From the NCBI GenBank assembly GCA_947577025.1, contig CANPTO010000009.1:2424-66423 (forward strand): a stretch of 64,000 nt of DNA, written 5' to 3'. The position numbers were made by a program, and so were the translations under genes. Positions 1-12,139 of this stretch are shown here, in pieces. The notes beneath the pieces are model-generated. The model was not told where the DNA came from. It was given only the letters and a program-made list of their open reading frames with translations, and made no database searches. Source of the stretch: an uncultured Clostridiaceae bacterium (GTDB taxonomy: Bacteria; Bacillota; Clostridia; TANB77; CAG-508). How positions within the stretch are numbered: the stretch's first letter is position 1; every line of letters starts with the position of its first letter.

Positions 1-39
1 TAAAATAATTGTCTAAAGTCGATTTTTTCTATTCGATAA

Positions 40-254
40 AAAACAAGAATAAAATTTTCTAAGCTCATTACACAGTATATCATATCTGTAATTCCCTACG
101 GTCAAACAGCTAAGAAATCTTCGCTAAGATTTCTTAGTCGTAGCATTTTAATGCGTACGAATAAGTTATGCTTTAGTAAAATCTAATTCTTCCATAACTA
201 TCTTCTAAGGAAACTCACCGCTATCGCAGATGACTTTCCTAAGAATATAAAAAA
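40..254. repeat. Dispersed palindromic repeat family A (core AGGAAACTCACC...GATGACTTTCCTAAGAATATA), long copy
   Basis: Similar copies at 1241-1303, 18789-18905, inverted at 47683-47717, partial at 33064-33085. Confidence 0.85.
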
Positions 255-255
255 A

Positions 256-291
256 CAAAAATGAGGAAACCAATTTGGTTTCCTCATTTTT
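256..291. terminator. Intrinsic terminator hairpin downstream of the minus-strand ORF
   Basis: AAAAATGAGGAAACCAA-T-TTGGTTTCCTCATTTTT inverted repeat with A/T tails. Confidence 0.7.
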
Positions 292-295
292 GCTA

Positions 296-679
296 TTAAA
301 AATCTCTAACCATCAAATGGCAATTTTGGGGAGTATCCAGAGCAACTAACTCCTGCCAATTGTAAAAGTTAAATCGTTCATCTTGCACTAATATGAACAT
401 ATCAGCATTAGGGCTACCATATCCAATGATTTTATCATTTGCATCTAGAACAACTTTAATTTTCTTTCCTACTAATTCATCAGTATTATGTACTCCAAGC
501 CACTGAATTAAGGCAGTAACATGAAATCCGCTAACATCTGTGTGCCGCGAGATCCTAAAAGAAATAGGAATATTATCATAGTCCGTTACAATCCGCACCA
601 CAGTGGAATTCCCGAAATGAGCCTCATAAGAACATTTGGCTTCTTTTATAATAGTGTTTTCTTTAAATGAAATAGCCAT
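296..679 (-). CDS. Hypothetical protein (orphan; two in-frame CGG codons)
   Basis: 127-aa ORF, AGGAGG RBS, TTGACT upstream, terminator downstream; CGG codons at 593-595 and 545-547. Confidence 0.6.
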   Translation of the reverse strand: MAISFKENTIIKEAKCSYEAHFGNSTVVRIVTDYDNIPISFRISRHTDVSGFHVTALIQWLGVHNTDELVGKKIKVVLDANDKIIGYGSPNADMFILVQDERFNFYNWQELVALDTPQNCHLMVRDF

Positions 680-871
680 AAAAAACCTCCTTAATTAAAG
701 ATGATATATAGTAACATAAGTTGCAAACATAATACCATATTTCTCTAAGAAAGTCAATACATGTGTCGAAAACTTTTCTAAAAACGACAAAACTTCTTAT
801 TATTTGCTATTGGAAAAAATTACCAATTGGTATATAATGAAAAAAAACATATGATGAAAGGAAGGAAAACA

Positions 872-1180
872 ATGAATACGAAATATATTGAAAAAGACAA
901 GCTTTTAAGGTTAGAGCTGTTAGAAGAAATTGATCATCATGAGGTAGAAAAAATAAGGAGAAAAGCAGACGATGAAATTGCTAGATTTTTACCTAGAAAA
1001 GTTATATTTGATTTTAACAATGTTTCCTTTATGGATAGTGCAGGAATAGGAATGGTACTAGGAAGATACAAGATGATAAATATGCTAGGAGGAACTTTGG
1101 AAATGGAAAATGTAAGTACGCCTCTAAGAAAAATATTTGAAATGAGTGGAATTACAAAAATATGTCCAATAAGAAATTAA
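872..1180 (+). CDS. spoIIAA: Anti-sigma F factor antagonist (STAS domain)
   Basis: EIDHH...FMDSAGIGMVLGRYK motif; upstream of spoIIAB; ATG 872 follows an AAGGAAGG RBS. Confidence 0.93.
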   Translation: MNTKYIEKDKLLRLELLEEIDHHEVEKIRRKADDEIARFLPRKVIFDFNNVSFMDSAGIGMVLGRYKMINMLGGTLEMENVSTPLRKIFEMSGITKICPIRN

Positions 1181-1240
1181 AATAAAAAACCGGAAATAAG
1201 AATTTGTACGCATTAAAAATGCTACAAATTCTAAATTCCG

Positions 1241-1303
1241 CCATAATTATCTTCTAAGGAAACTCACCACTATCGTGGATGACTTTCCTAAGAATATAAA
1301 AAA
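1241..1303. repeat. Repeat family A copy between spoIIAA and spoIIAB
   Basis: CCATAATTATCTTCTAAGGAAACTCACCACTATCGTGGATGACTTTCCTAAGAATATA matches 193-250. Confidence 0.85.
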
Positions 1304-1361
1304 GTTAGATAAAAACACTAATATTTTCTAACTTACAACTAAAAAAAGAAAGGATACAGAT

Positions 1362-1850
1362 ATGAAAAGTATTTATGAAAATGAAATGAAATTAGAATTT
1401 ATAAGTAAATCAAACAATGAAGCATTTGCAAGAATTAGTGTAGCAGCATTTGCCTCACAATTAGATCCAACAATAGAAGAACTATCAGACATAAAAACAG
1501 CAGTATCAGAAGCAGTTACAAATGCAATTGTACATGGCTATGAAGAAAAAGAAGGAATAGTAAAATTAGTATGTAAGCTAATAGGTAACTTAGTAATTAT
1601 AGAAATTTCAGATACAGGTAAGGGAATAGAAAATATAGAAATAGCAAAAACACCACTCTACACTTCAAAGCCAAATTTAGAAAGATCAGGAATGGGTTTT
1701 ACAATAATGGAAAACTTTATGGATGAAATGAAAGTAGAATCAATAGTAGGGATAGGAACAAAAGTAACAATGAAAAAAATGATAAAAAAAGATGAAATAG
1801 AAGAAAATGCAATATCAGAAGTATTAAATCAAAACAGTAACATTAATTAA
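1362..1850 (+). CDS. spoIIAB: Anti-sigma F factor / serine kinase
   Basis: NEAFAR...[12 protein letters not shown]...[11 protein letters not shown]. Confidence 0.96.
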   Translation: MKSIYENEMKLEFISKSNNEAFARISVAAFASQLDPTIEELSDIKTAVSEAVTNAIVHGYEEKEGIVKLVCKLIGNLVIIEISDTGKGIENIEIAKTPLYTSKPNLERSGMGFTIMENFMDEMKVESIVGIGTKVTMKKMIKKDEIEENAISEVLNQNSNIN

Positions 1851-1868
1851 AACAAATGAAAAAATACA

Positions 1869-1953
1869 GAGGTTAGAAATTAGAGGTAAAAGTTGAAATA
1901 TAAAGCAAATACTTAGAAGCAAATAAATCCAACATCCAACCTCCAACTTCTAA
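1869..1953. repeat. Repeat family D (heptamer-arm hairpin), degenerate copy
   Basis: GAGGTTAGAAATTAGAGG arm and CATCCAACCTCCAACTTC inverted arm. Confidence 0.65.
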
Positions 1954-1968
1954 TAAGAGGAGATACTT

Positions 1969-2698
1969 ATGTTATACGAAAATAATACAAAAGACATATT
2001 AGAAGCCCAAAAAGGAAATAAAGAAGTTATGGCAAAACTGATAGAAGAAAATAATGGGTTAATATGGAGTATAGTAAAAAGGTTTAAAGAAAGACGGCTA
2101 TGAAATGGAAGATTTATATCAAATAGGAACAATAGGTTTTATAAAATCGATAAAAAGATTTGACACAAGTTTTGATGTAAAATTATCAACATATGCAGTT
2201 CCATACATATTAGGAGAAATAAAAAGATTTATAAGAGATGATGGCACAGTAAAAGTAAGTAGAGGAATAAAAGAATTAGCAATAAAAGTAAGAGAAATAC
2301 AATCAAAACATTTAAGAGAAAAAGGAGAAGAAATAACAATACTAGAAATAGCAAAACAATTAAAAATATCAAAAGAAGAAGTAGCAGTAGCATTAGATTC
2401 ATTAAACCCAGTAATGTCAATTTATGATGACACATATTCAAACGACGAGGGAAATATTAGCATTATAGACAAAATAAAAAATAATGTAGATGAAGCAGAA
2501 CAAATTGCAAATAGAATAAGTATACAAGGAATGATAAACTCATTAAACGAAAGAGATAAACAAATAATTTTGCTTAGATATTACAAAAACAATACACAAA
2601 GCCAAGTAGCAAAAATTCTAGGAATAAGTCAAGTACAGGTCTCTAGAATAGAAAAGAAAATATTAGAAAATATGAAACTGAAAATAGCCAATAGTTAA
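1969..2698 (+). CDS. sigF: Sporulation sigma factor SigF, about 242 aa, +1 shift at in-frame CGG 2095
   Basis: RBS GAGGAG then ATG 1969; LIWSIVKRFKER-(C)GGC-YEMEDLYQIG joins ORF 2105..2698; third gene of spoIIA operon. Confidence 0.93.
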
Positions 2699-2736
2699 AC
2701 AAAAAATATATAACACAAAAAAGTAAGGAGAAATCT

Positions 2737-3729
2737 ATGAAAAAAATTCTATTATATATACTAATTTTTGTTTTAATATGTTTCAGTATACCAATACTAT
2801 TTACAAATAACAAAGTGCAAAATGTAGCAAAACAAGAAAACCCTATAAATGAAATTATACAAAGCAATTACGATTATAAAAATTACCAAATAATAAAATT
2901 ATTACATGTAGAAACAAATCAAATAGAGGAAATAAAACTAGATGAATATTTATATGGAGTAGTATCAAGCGAAATGCCAGCAAACTTTGAAAAAGAAGCA
3001 TTAAAAGCACAAGCAGTTGTAGCAAGAACATATACAATATATAAAATAAAAAATAATAGTGAAAAACATAACGGAGCACATATATGTGATAATTCAGCAT
3101 GTTGTCAAGCATGGATAAGTAAAGAAAAAAGACTAGAAAGATGGGAAGAAACAGTAAGAAATAGCAACTGGGATAAAATAGTACAAGCAGTAAATGAAAC
3201 ACAAGGAAAAATAATTACATATCAAAATGAACCAATAAATGCATTTTTTCACTCAAATAGTGGAGGAATGACAGAAACAACAGCAAATGTTTGGGGCGGA
3301 ACAGGCTACCCATATTTACAAACAGTAGAAACATCAGGAGAAGATGCATACACACAGTATCATTCAGAAGTTGTACTAACAAAACAAACATTTATAGATA
3401 AAATAAAAGAAAAGCATAGTAACTTCCAAATAGACTTTAGCAAAGAAGATTGTATAAGAGTTTTAGAATATACTGAAGGAAATAGAATAAAAAAAATACA
3501 AATAGGAAACCTAGAATTAAGTGGTGTAGAAATAAGAACATTGTTAGGCTTAAAATCAGCAAACTTCAAAATAAGCATAGAAAATGAAAATGTAAAATTA
3601 GAAGTAATAGGATATGGACATGGAGTAGGAATGAGTCAAACAGGAGCAGATAGCATGGCAAAAAAAGGAAGCACATATGAAGAAATAATAAAACACTTTT
3701 ATACAGGAGTTGAAATTACAAACATGTAA
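2737..3729 (+). CDS. spoIID: Stage II sporulation protein D
   Basis: YLYGVVSSEMPA.FEKEALKAQAVVARTY, GYGHGVGMSQ.GA. Confidence 0.95.
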   Translation: MKKILLYILIFVLICFSIPILFTNNKVQNVAKQENPINEIIQSNYDYKNYQIIKLLHVETNQIEEIKLDEYLYGVVSSEMPANFEKEALKAQAVVARTYTIYKIKNNSEKHNGAHICDNSACCQAWISKEKRLERWEETVRNSNWDKIVQAVNETQGKIITYQNEPINAFFHSNSGGMTETTANVWGGTGYPYLQTVETSGEDAYTQYHSEVVLTKQTFIDKIKEKHSNFQIDFSKEDCIRVLEYTEGNRIKKIQIGNLELSGVEIRTLLGLKSANFKISIENENVKLEVIGYGHGVGMSQTGADSMAKKGSTYEEIIKHFYTGVEITNM

Positions 3730-3822
3730 AACAAAAGTATAATTACCAAAAAAATGGAAATACTCTAACTAAATAAAAAAGGTAATGTTTAAATACATAC
3801 CAAAAACAAGGAGGAGTTATAA

Positions 3823-4653
3823 ATGAAAAGAAACAGAAGAAATAGAAATTTTAATGAGGAAATAGAAACTAAAAAACTAGTATATATCTCAGTAGCAGTA
3901 GTAATAATAGCAATCTTAGCGTTTGCCCTTACTTATGTTGCATATAGTAATATACTTTCAAAAAAATCAAAAACAACAGGAGAAATAAAAAGCAAAATTG
4001 CAGAGCTATCATCAGTAAATAATGAAACAACAACTGAGCAAGCAAGTAGCCAAATAGGAAAAAGCGTAAATGAAGTTACTAAAGAAGAAAGCTCAAAAAT
4101 AGCAATAAATACAAGTAATATAGAAAAAAGTGAACAAGCAGAAAATAAAATACAAACAAAGCAAAATGAGCAAATAAAAGAAAATGTAGAAAAGAAAGAA
4201 CAAACAGCCAACGTAGAAACTAAAAAGCAAGAAGAAAAAGCACCAGAGCCAACCTTTATAAAACCAATAGAAGGAGAAATAATAAAAGAATTTGCAAATG
4301 AAAACCTAATATATTCAGAAACACTAAAAGAATGGGTAACACATAATGGAATAGACATAAAAGCACAAAAGGCAAGTATAGTAAAAGCTACAGAACAAGG
4401 AACAGTAAGTGCAATAAAAAATGACCCAAGATATGGAATTACAGTAGTAATAGAACACACAAATGGATATGTAAGTATATATTCAAACCTTTTAACAGCA
4501 GAATTTGTAAAAGAAGGAGAAAAAATAAAACAAGGTCAAACAATAGGAACTGTAGGAAACACAGCAGTATTTGAAATAGCAGATGAAAGTCATTTACACT
4601 TTGAAATGCTAAAAGATAATAAATATATAAATCCAAGTGAATATATAAAATAG
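3823..4653 (+). CDS. spoIIQ: M23 peptidase-domain membrane protein, SpoIIQ-like
   Basis: N-terminal TM, HNGIDI and HLHFE motifs, follows spoIID as in Clostridia. Confidence 0.75.
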   Translation: MKRNRRNRNFNEEIETKKLVYISVAVVIIAILAFALTYVAYSNILSKKSKTTGEIKSKIAELSSVNNETTTEQASSQIGKSVNEVTKEESSKIAINTSNIEKSEQAENKIQTKQNEQIKENVEKKEQTANVETKKQEEKAPEPTFIKPIEGEIIKEFANENLIYSETLKEWVTHNGIDIKAQKASIVKATEQGTVSAIKNDPRYGITVVIEHTNGYVSIYSNLLTAEFVKEGEKIKQGQTIGTVGNTAVFEIADESHLHFEMLKDNKYINPSEYIK

Positions 4654-4768
4654 AAAAAAAGGAATGTAAAAAAAAGGAAAGATTTGGGACGCGTCCAAAA
4701 CTTTCCTTTTATTTTAGGGAAAGATTTGGACGCGTCCCAAATCTTTCTTTTTTTTACATTCCTTTTTT
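4654..4768. repeat. Inverted pair of CGTC-type palindromes (family C) forming a long hairpin, likely terminator
   Basis: GAAAGATTTGGGACGCGTCCAAAACTTTCC and its inverse, flanked by AAGGAATGTAAAA/TTTTACATTCCTT. Confidence 0.8.
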
Positions 4769-4919
4769 TAAATAAATAATTTTAAAAAGAATATTACATT
4801 TGTATTACGAAAATATTATTTTTACATTACACTTGAATTATATTGTTGTTTTTAGTAGCTTATTGTAGTAAAATAAAATAAGTAACAGTATTTTGTAAAA
4901 AAATAAGGAGGATATAGAT

Positions 4920-6182
4920 ATGGCAACAAATCCAATGCAAAGAAAAGCCAATAATTATTTATTAATAGGAGTTTTAGTAACATTGCTAATAACAGGAAGT
5001 ATAATAGCAGTATTATTGATGCAATTAAGTAACTTCAAAAAGCAACAAAAAGAAGAGGCAAAAAAAATAGGAGAGGTTTATGTATTAAACAAAGATGTCA
5101 AATCAGGTCAAAAATTAACAGAAGACATGTTTGAAGTAAAAAAAGTAAATTTAACAGCAATACCAAGCAATGCAACAAAGATGCAATCTGTTATTTCAAA
5201 ATGGTTTATAGCAACAGATGAAGGAGATAGAATATATACAGACACAAGTGAAGAAGTAGAAAATAGCTCATCACAACAACTAACACAATTATATATAAAT
5301 AAGCCAGACTCAATAATTGAAGTATATCCAAGTGAAAATAAAAATAACGAGTTCTACTATAAAGATAGTGAAGATAAAGAAATAGCAGTAAAAAGTTCAG
5401 CGGTTAGCAATGACAGTGATGGTTATTACATTATAAGTGAGGGAAACAACCAAGATGATATAACAAGAATATATCAAACTGCATCAGAAAACTACTATGT
5501 ATATACATATAATAGCGATACAAAAAAAAGAGAAAGAAAAAACATAAGAATAGACAATGTACCACTAACAGCAAAAGTAGAAATGAAAAAAAATACAGTA
5601 ATAACACCAGCACTTGTAGCACAAACACAAATGTCAAATGACTTAAGAAAACAAGAATACAATATGATTATACTTCAAACAGCAATACAAACAGGAGACT
5701 ATATAGATATCCGTTTGAAATTACCAGATGGAACAGACTATATAGTAATATCAAAAAAAGAAGTAGAGATACCAAACATAAGTGGAACAGACTCAGCAAC
5801 TACTATAAAACTAAATGTAACAGAAGATGAAATATTACTAATGAGCAATGCAATAGTAGAAGCATATTGGGCAACAGGGGCAACATTATATGCTACAACA
5901 TATATAGAACCAGGAATGCAACAAGAAGCAACACCAACATATCTACCAAATCCTAAAGTAGCAGCACTTATAAGTTCAGACCCTAATATTGTACAAGTAG
6001 CTAAAATAAAATTAATAGAAAGATACAATAGCACAATAAACAGCATAAGACCAAATATAACAGATGTATTAAATACATACTCAGTAGAAGGAAAAACTAA
6101 TGTTGAAAGTAAAATGCAAGAAGAAGCAAATAAAGCAAGAACAGAAAGACAATCTTACTTAGAGGCATTAGGAGGAAATTAA
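4920..6182 (+). CDS. CpaB/RcpC-like SAF-domain pilus assembly protein
   Basis: N-terminal TM, VYVLNKDVKSGQ (SAF-like), GDYIDIRL; first gene of Tad-like locus. Confidence 0.65.
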   Translation: MATNPMQRKANNYLLIGVLVTLLITGSIIAVLLMQLSNFKKQQKEEAKKIGEVYVLNKDVKSGQKLTEDMFEVKKVNLTAIPSNATKMQSVISKWFIATDEGDRIYTDTSEEVENSSSQQLTQLYINKPDSIIEVYPSENKNNEFYYKDSEDKEIAVKSSAVSNDSDGYYIISEGNNQDDITRIYQTASENYYVYTYNSDTKKRERKNIRIDNVPLTAKVEMKKNTVITPALVAQTQMSNDLRKQEYNMIILQTAIQTGDYIDIRLKLPDGTDYIVISKKEVEIPNISGTDSATTIKLNVTEDEILLMSNAIVEAYWATGATLYATTYIEPGMQQEATPTYLPNPKVAALISSDPNIVQVAKIKLIERYNSTINSIRPNITDVLNTYSVEGKTNVESKMQEEANKARTERQSYLEALGGN

Positions 6183-6199
6183 AATAACGGAGGAAATTA

Positions 6200-6899
6200 A
6201 TGAGAAAAATAGGATTTATTGGAGCATATGACAAAACCGATTTTATATTATACATAGCAAAAATCCTAGTAGAAATGGGACAAAAAGTTTTAATAGTAGA
6301 TGGGACAATTACACGGAAAAGCAAGGTATATTGTTCCAACTATGGTCCCATCAAAAGCATATATAACAGAATTTGAAGGTATAGATGTAGCAGTAGGTTT
6401 AAATAGTTTTGATGATATAAAAGCATATCTTGGAATACCAAAAATAAATGAGCTAGCATATGATATAGCTTTAATAGATACAGATATGGCAGAAGTAGTA
6501 GAAAGCTTCGAAATAGAAAAATGTGAAAAAATATATTTTGCAACATCATTTGATATGTATTCTATAAGAAGAGGAATAGAATCTATAAGTGGAATAAGAG
6601 AAAAAGTAAAGGCAACAAAAGTATTATTTTCAAAAGAAGCAAGTAAGGCAGAAAACGATTATTTAGATTACTTATCATCAGAAAGCAATATAGAATGGAA
6701 CCAAGAAATAATATATTTCCCATTTGAACTTGGAGACCAAACAGTAATATATAAAAATCAAAGAGTATCAAAAATAAAATTAAAAGGGTTAACAACCCAA
6801 TATAAAGAAGGTTTATTATACATAACAAACCAAATAATGGGCGAAGAAAACTTTCAAACACTAAAAAAAGTATTTAAAAAAATAGAAAAAGGAGTATAA
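6200..6899 (+). CDS. Degenerate P-loop (TadZ/CpaE-like) protein, about 232 aa, +1 shift at CGG 6314
   Basis: RBS GGAGG then ATG 6200 MRKIGFIGAYDKTD...KVLIVDGTIT-(C)GGA-KARYIVP joins ORF 6300..6899. Confidence 0.75.
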
Positions 6900-6900
6900 A

Positions 6901-7746
6901 ATGGCTATAGTTGCATTTTGGAGCGATGAAAAAAAAGAAACTGGTCAAACACTATCAATGGTAGCATTAACAACATATATGGCAATAGAACATAACTATA
7001 AAATCTTAAACTTGAGCACTAACTTTAAAGATGAAACACTAGAAAATTGTTATTGGCCAATAGAAAAAGAAAACTTACTAATAAAGCAAATAGCGCAAGA
7101 TAAAGGCGAAGTTGTAGGAATAGAATCAGGAATAGAAGGATTAGTTAAAATAATAAAAAGTAACAAAACAACATCTAACATAATATCAAACTACAGCAAA
7201 GCAGTTTTCAATAATAGGTTAGACGTGCTATGTGCTCCTAAAACAAAAGTATATAGTGAATATTTAGAATATGCAAAAATGTATCCAGAAATATTAAATA
7301 TAGCAAGCAGAAGTTATGACCTAATATTTGTAGATATATCAAAAAATATGGATGAACAAGAATCAAATAGAATACTAGAATTAGCAGATGTAATAATAAT
7401 AAACATAACACAAAGACTACAAATAATAGACAAATACAATGTATTAAGAGAGGAAAATCCATTTTTTAAAAATAACAATGTATTATTAAACATAGGAAGA
7501 TATGACAAATTTTCAAAATACAATATTAAAAACATTTCAAGGTATTTAAGGTTAAAAAAAGATGCACTAGCAGTTCCATATAACACACTATTTTTTGAAA
7601 GTTGTTCAGAAGGAAAAGTAGCAGAATTTTTTCTAAGACTAAGAAATGCAGATGATGGAGACAGAAACCAAACCTTTATACAAGAAGTATCAAGAATGGC
7701 AAAAGAAGTAATATACAAATTGCAAGAATTACAAATAAGAATGTAA
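6901..7746 (+). CDS. MinD/ParA-fold TadZ/CpaE-like protein
   Basis: Deviant Walker A region (KETGQT), YDLIFVD; position in locus. Confidence 0.65.
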   Translation: MAIVAFWSDEKKETGQTLSMVALTTYMAIEHNYKILNLSTNFKDETLENCYWPIEKENLLIKQIAQDKGEVVGIESGIEGLVKIIKSNKTTSNIISNYSKAVFNNRLDVLCAPKTKVYSEYLEYAKMYPEILNIASRSYDLIFVDISKNMDEQESNRILELADVIIINITQRLQIIDKYNVLREENPFFKNNNVLLNIGRYDKFSKYNIKNISRYLRLKKDALAVPYNTLFFESCSEGKVAEFFLRLRNADDGDRNQTFIQEVSRMAKEVIYKLQELQIRM

Positions 7747-7843
7747 ATAAAAGCTATATCTTACCTAAAACAATATTTAGGTAAGAATATGCAAAAATAA
7801 TATAAAAAGAAGCACAAACAAAAAAAGAAAGGAGCCTTAAAAT

Positions 7844-9804
7844 ATGTTCAACATCATAATGATAATAGCTGTATTAATAGGTGCAGGGGCTTTAATAGTA
7901 TATAAACTAAAGAAAAAGCAAGATGAAAAAGTAGAAGAACAAGTACAAGTAGATGACAAAACATATACATTAGAAAAAATGACTGCATTTGTAAAAAAGA
8001 GGCTAGATGAAATCACAAAAATAAACCTTTATGACATAGGCTTATCAGAAGAAGAACTAAAAAGAAGAAAAAGCAAAAAATATGAATTGAAAAAGGCTCT
8101 AAAAGGTTGTACATATGGAGATATAAATGATAAAAAATATGTCAAAGAATTAATATATGACTTACTTTCAAAAGAATATGGCGTAACAGAAATAAATGTA
8201 TCAAAAGCCATATCATTTGACATACCATCACTATTAACTGCGCAAGATAAATTTGACATTGTATTATATATGTACAAGCAAGAATTTGGATATGAAGCCT
8301 TAACGGAAATAATAAAAAAATATGACTTAGCAAAACTAAAATATGTTGCAGGAGAAGCAAAACCATCATATGTAATAACAGACGAAGAAATAAGTGACAT
8401 ATTTGAAAAAGAAAACTTCATACTATCATTTCAAGACAAACTAAATGTAGTAGTACAAAGGATATATCAACAATATAAAGGTTACAGCACAATAGATGAA
8501 ATAAGAGACATGAATATAGATGGTATATCAGGTGGTGTATCAGGTTTGCCAGAAAGCTTTTTAAGCCAAGTAGCACAAGCAGACAGTGACTACTTAGGAC
8601 AAGTATTAGAACACAAAGTACCACGAGCATGTGACAGTATATGGATAATGTTCCAAGGTAAATCAATACGTTTAGCATTCCTTTCATTTGGGACAGAAGC
8701 AGAACTAAAAAGAGTATGTCAAAACATATATAAATACAATAACCCAGGTCAATTATCAGACACAAATGGATTTAAAATAAACGAAATGAAAGATGGTTCA
8801 CGTGTCGTTGTTGTAAGACCAAGTATGTCAGAAACATGGGCATTTTTCGTAAGAAAATTTGACGTAAAACGTTCAACTTTAGAGCAATGGTTTAAAAATG
8901 AACCAGGAGCAGACGAATCAATAGAACTACTAAAATACCTAGTAAAAGGAGCAAGAATAACATCAATTACTGGTGAGCAAGGTTGCCGGAAAAACAACAT
9001 TGCTTATGGGAATGATAGAAAATATATACGAAACAATGAACCTTCGTATTACAGAAACAGCATTCGAGTTACACTTAAGAAGAATATATCCAACAAGAAA
9101 CATACTATCAATGCGTGAAACAGAAACAATATCAGGACAAGACTGCTTGGACGTTCAAAAGAAAACTGACGGTTCAGTAAATATAATTCGGAGAGGTTGC
9201 AACAGACCCCGTAGCATCTTGGATGATACAATCAGCCCAAGTTGCATCAAAATTCACACTATTTACTCACCACGCAAAAACATTTCCAGACTTAGTAACA
9301 GCCCTACGTAACTCAATGTTAAGAGCAGGAGTATTCAAAGACGAAAGAACAGCAGAAGAGCAAGTAGTATCAGTATTAAACTTTGACATCCACTTAGCAA
9401 AAAACTTTAGAGGAAAAAGGTATGTAGAAAGAGTAACAGAATGTATACCAGTAGAAGACAAAAATGAATACACATTTGACCATAGAAACGAAAAAACATT
9501 AGAAGGAAAACTAGATAAATTTATGGACAATGCAACACACTACTTTACAAAATCAACAAATAGAGAATTATTCAAACACGTAAACATATTAGAATACCAT
9601 GATGGAGAATACATAATAACAAACAAAATATCAGACACAAACATAAAAGAAATGATAAACAATATGGACGAAACAGATGCAGAAGAATTTGCAAAATTCG
9701 TACAAAAACATTGGAACACAAAAATAAAACAATTTGAAGAAGAAAAAGAACAAACAGAAGCAAAAAAACGCGGAAGAAAATCAAAAACAGAAGTCGGAAA
9801 TTAG
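7844..9804 (+). CDS. cpaF: TadA/CpaF (VirB11-like) secretion ATPase, about 652 aa, +1 shifts at CGG 8987 and 9189
   Basis: Shifts restore Walker A GEQGC-G-KTT and Walker B VNII-G-EV; TLFTHHA His box; joins three ORFs. Confidence 0.85.
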
Positions 9805-9941
9805 AAATTAAAAAATAGGAAATATAATTTAGATTATAAAAAGATAAAAGATAGTATATGGAAGTTAGAAATTGGTATAATATAAATTCATTAAAGGAAT
9901 TACCAAAATGAGACATCTGACTTCCGACTTCTGACATCTTA
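9790..9941. repeat. Repeat family D copy
   Basis: GAAGTCGGAAATTAGAAATT / GAAGTTAGAA arm and CATCTGACTTCCGACTTCTGAC inverted arm. Confidence 0.75.
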
Positions 9942-9961
9942 ACAGGAGGTGAAAAAGTAAA

Positions 9962-12038
9962 ATGGATACTCAAATGATGAAATATTTACTAATACGGAGT
10001 AGGAGGTCTACTTGCAGTAATAGTTTTAACATATATAATTTTACAAAAGAATAACAAAGAAAGAAAATACATAACAAGCTTACAACAAGGAACAAAAAAA
10101 TCAAAATTTTCATCAGAAATAATATATCAAAAACTATATCTATTTTATTTAAAAACCCCTTTCATAAAAAGGTATATACTAAAGCTAAGAAGAAGACTAG
10201 AAATAATAAATATAGATGATGAATACCTAACAAGGTTACAATCATCAAAAATATTATCAAAAGCATTTTTAATAGTAATACCAATAACAATAGCAATAAT
10301 AGTGCTAACCAAAAATAACATGTTATTAATGAGCATATTACTAATATTTGAAGTATTTATGCTAGACACCTTTATAGATGGAATGGTAGACAAAATAGAT
10401 AACAACCTATTAAAACAACAAATACAATTTTTTACCGAAATAAGACATGCTTACCACGAATTTAACATGGTAGAAGAAGCAATATATCAAACAGCACAAG
10501 ATGATGACAACCCAGAAATGTCAAGGCAAGCAGAAAAAATATATGAAGTACTAATATCAGATGACCCAGAATCAGAACTAGAAAAATACTATGATGTTGC
10601 ACCAAACAGTTACTTAAAAGAGTTTGCAGGGGTATCATACCTAACAAAAGAATTTGGTGATAGAAAAGTAGATGGAGCATCACTATACTTAAAAAACTTA
10701 AACAACATAACACAAGAAATGCAACTAGAAATATTAAAAAGAGATAAACTAGACTATGTATTTCAAAGTTTATCAGTAATAGCAATAGTACCAATGCTAT
10801 GCTTAGAGCCAATAAAAAATTGGGCAATATCACAATTTAGTTTCGTAGAAGGCTTTTACAATGGAAAAAATGGAATGTTAGTACAAATACTAATATTACT
10901 AACAACATTTATATGTTATATATTAACAAGAAAACTAAAAGATAATGGTTCAACAGCCATGGACACAAAAAACACCGAAAACCCATGGCAAGAAAAACTA
11001 TATAGAATAAAACTAATAAAAAAATTAGTAGACCTATTTGTACCAAAAGATGGAACCGCAGAAAGCAGAAAAGTAAAAACACTAATGAAAAAAGCGGCAA
11101 GTAAAGACAAAATAGAATGGATATATATAAACAGAATAGTACTGTGTATAGCAACATTTATAGTATCAGTATTCCTATTTGCACAATTACATAGAATAAC
11201 AATAAATAATGTATATACAGACCCAACCACAACCTATGACATAATAGGAGAAATGTCCGCAAAAGACAGAAGAAAAGCAATGGAAGTTACAAAATCAGAT
11301 AACCAATATATAGAACACTTTAAACATAAAACAGACTTAAAAGAAAAAGACATAATAAAAGAAATGGAAAAAGGAAAAATAAACAAAGACTATGTAGATA
11401 GCACATCAGGAGACAGAGAAATAGCAGCAGAAAGAATAATGAAAAAAATAGCAACAATAAACAGTGAACAAATGAGCTGGGTAGAAGTATTAGGAGCAAT
11501 GGCACTAGCAATGGTAGCATATAATGCACCAATACTAATGTTAATGTTCCAAGCAAAAATGAGAGTATTAGAAATGGAAGACGAAGTAATGCAATTCCAA
11601 ACAATAATACTAATGCTTATGAGAATAGAGAGGGTAAACGTAGAAATAATACTAGAATGGCTAGAAAGATATGCAAACATATTTAAAGACCCACTAAGTA
11701 AATGTATAAACAACTATGAAGCAGGTCCATGGGAAGCCTTAGAAGCAATGAAAGAAGATGTAACATATCAAGACTTTATCAGAATAATAGAAAGTCTTCA
11801 AGCAGCAGTAGAAAAAATACCAATAAAAGATGCATTTGATGAGCTAGACACAGAAAGAGACTATTACCAAGCAAAAAGAAGAGAATCAAATGAAAGACTA
11901 ATATCAAAAAAAGGAATGATAGGAAAAGGAATAGGATTTACACCAATGGTATTACTATTTGTAGGATACCTAATTATACCATTAGTATTTATAGGATTAA
12001 CAAGTATGACAACCTCATTTAAAGGAATGACGAAATAG
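9962..12038 (+). CDS. TadB/TadC-like polytopic membrane platform protein, about 691 aa, +1 shift at CGG 9995
   Basis: RBS AGGAGGTG then ATG 9962 MDTQMMKYLLI-(C)GGA-VGGLLAV, open into ORF 10302..12038; several TM segments. Confidence 0.75.
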
Positions 12039-12121
12039 AGGGTGGAAGTCGGAAGTGAGAATATGAGTAATTCCTTCGAAGAACTTACTCAAATACCGAC
12101 CTCCAACCTCTGACCTCTGAC
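12038..12121. repeat. Repeat family D copy
   Basis: GGAAGTCGGAAG arm, palindromic core GAGTAATTCCTTCGAAGAACTTACTC, CCTCCAACCTCTGACCTCTGAC arm. Confidence 0.8.
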
Positions 12122-12139
12122 AGCCGAAAGGAGAAAAAT

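Noticed and set aside
2095-2097. CGG reassigned to another amino acid or to stop
   Set aside because: A triplet reassignment keeps the frame and would not join the conserved downstream halves.
8986-8989. Methylation-motif (CCGG) basecalling artefact
   Set aside because: Only this site is CCGG; the others are ACGG, TCGG or GCGG, and the same 4-mers out of frame cause no break.
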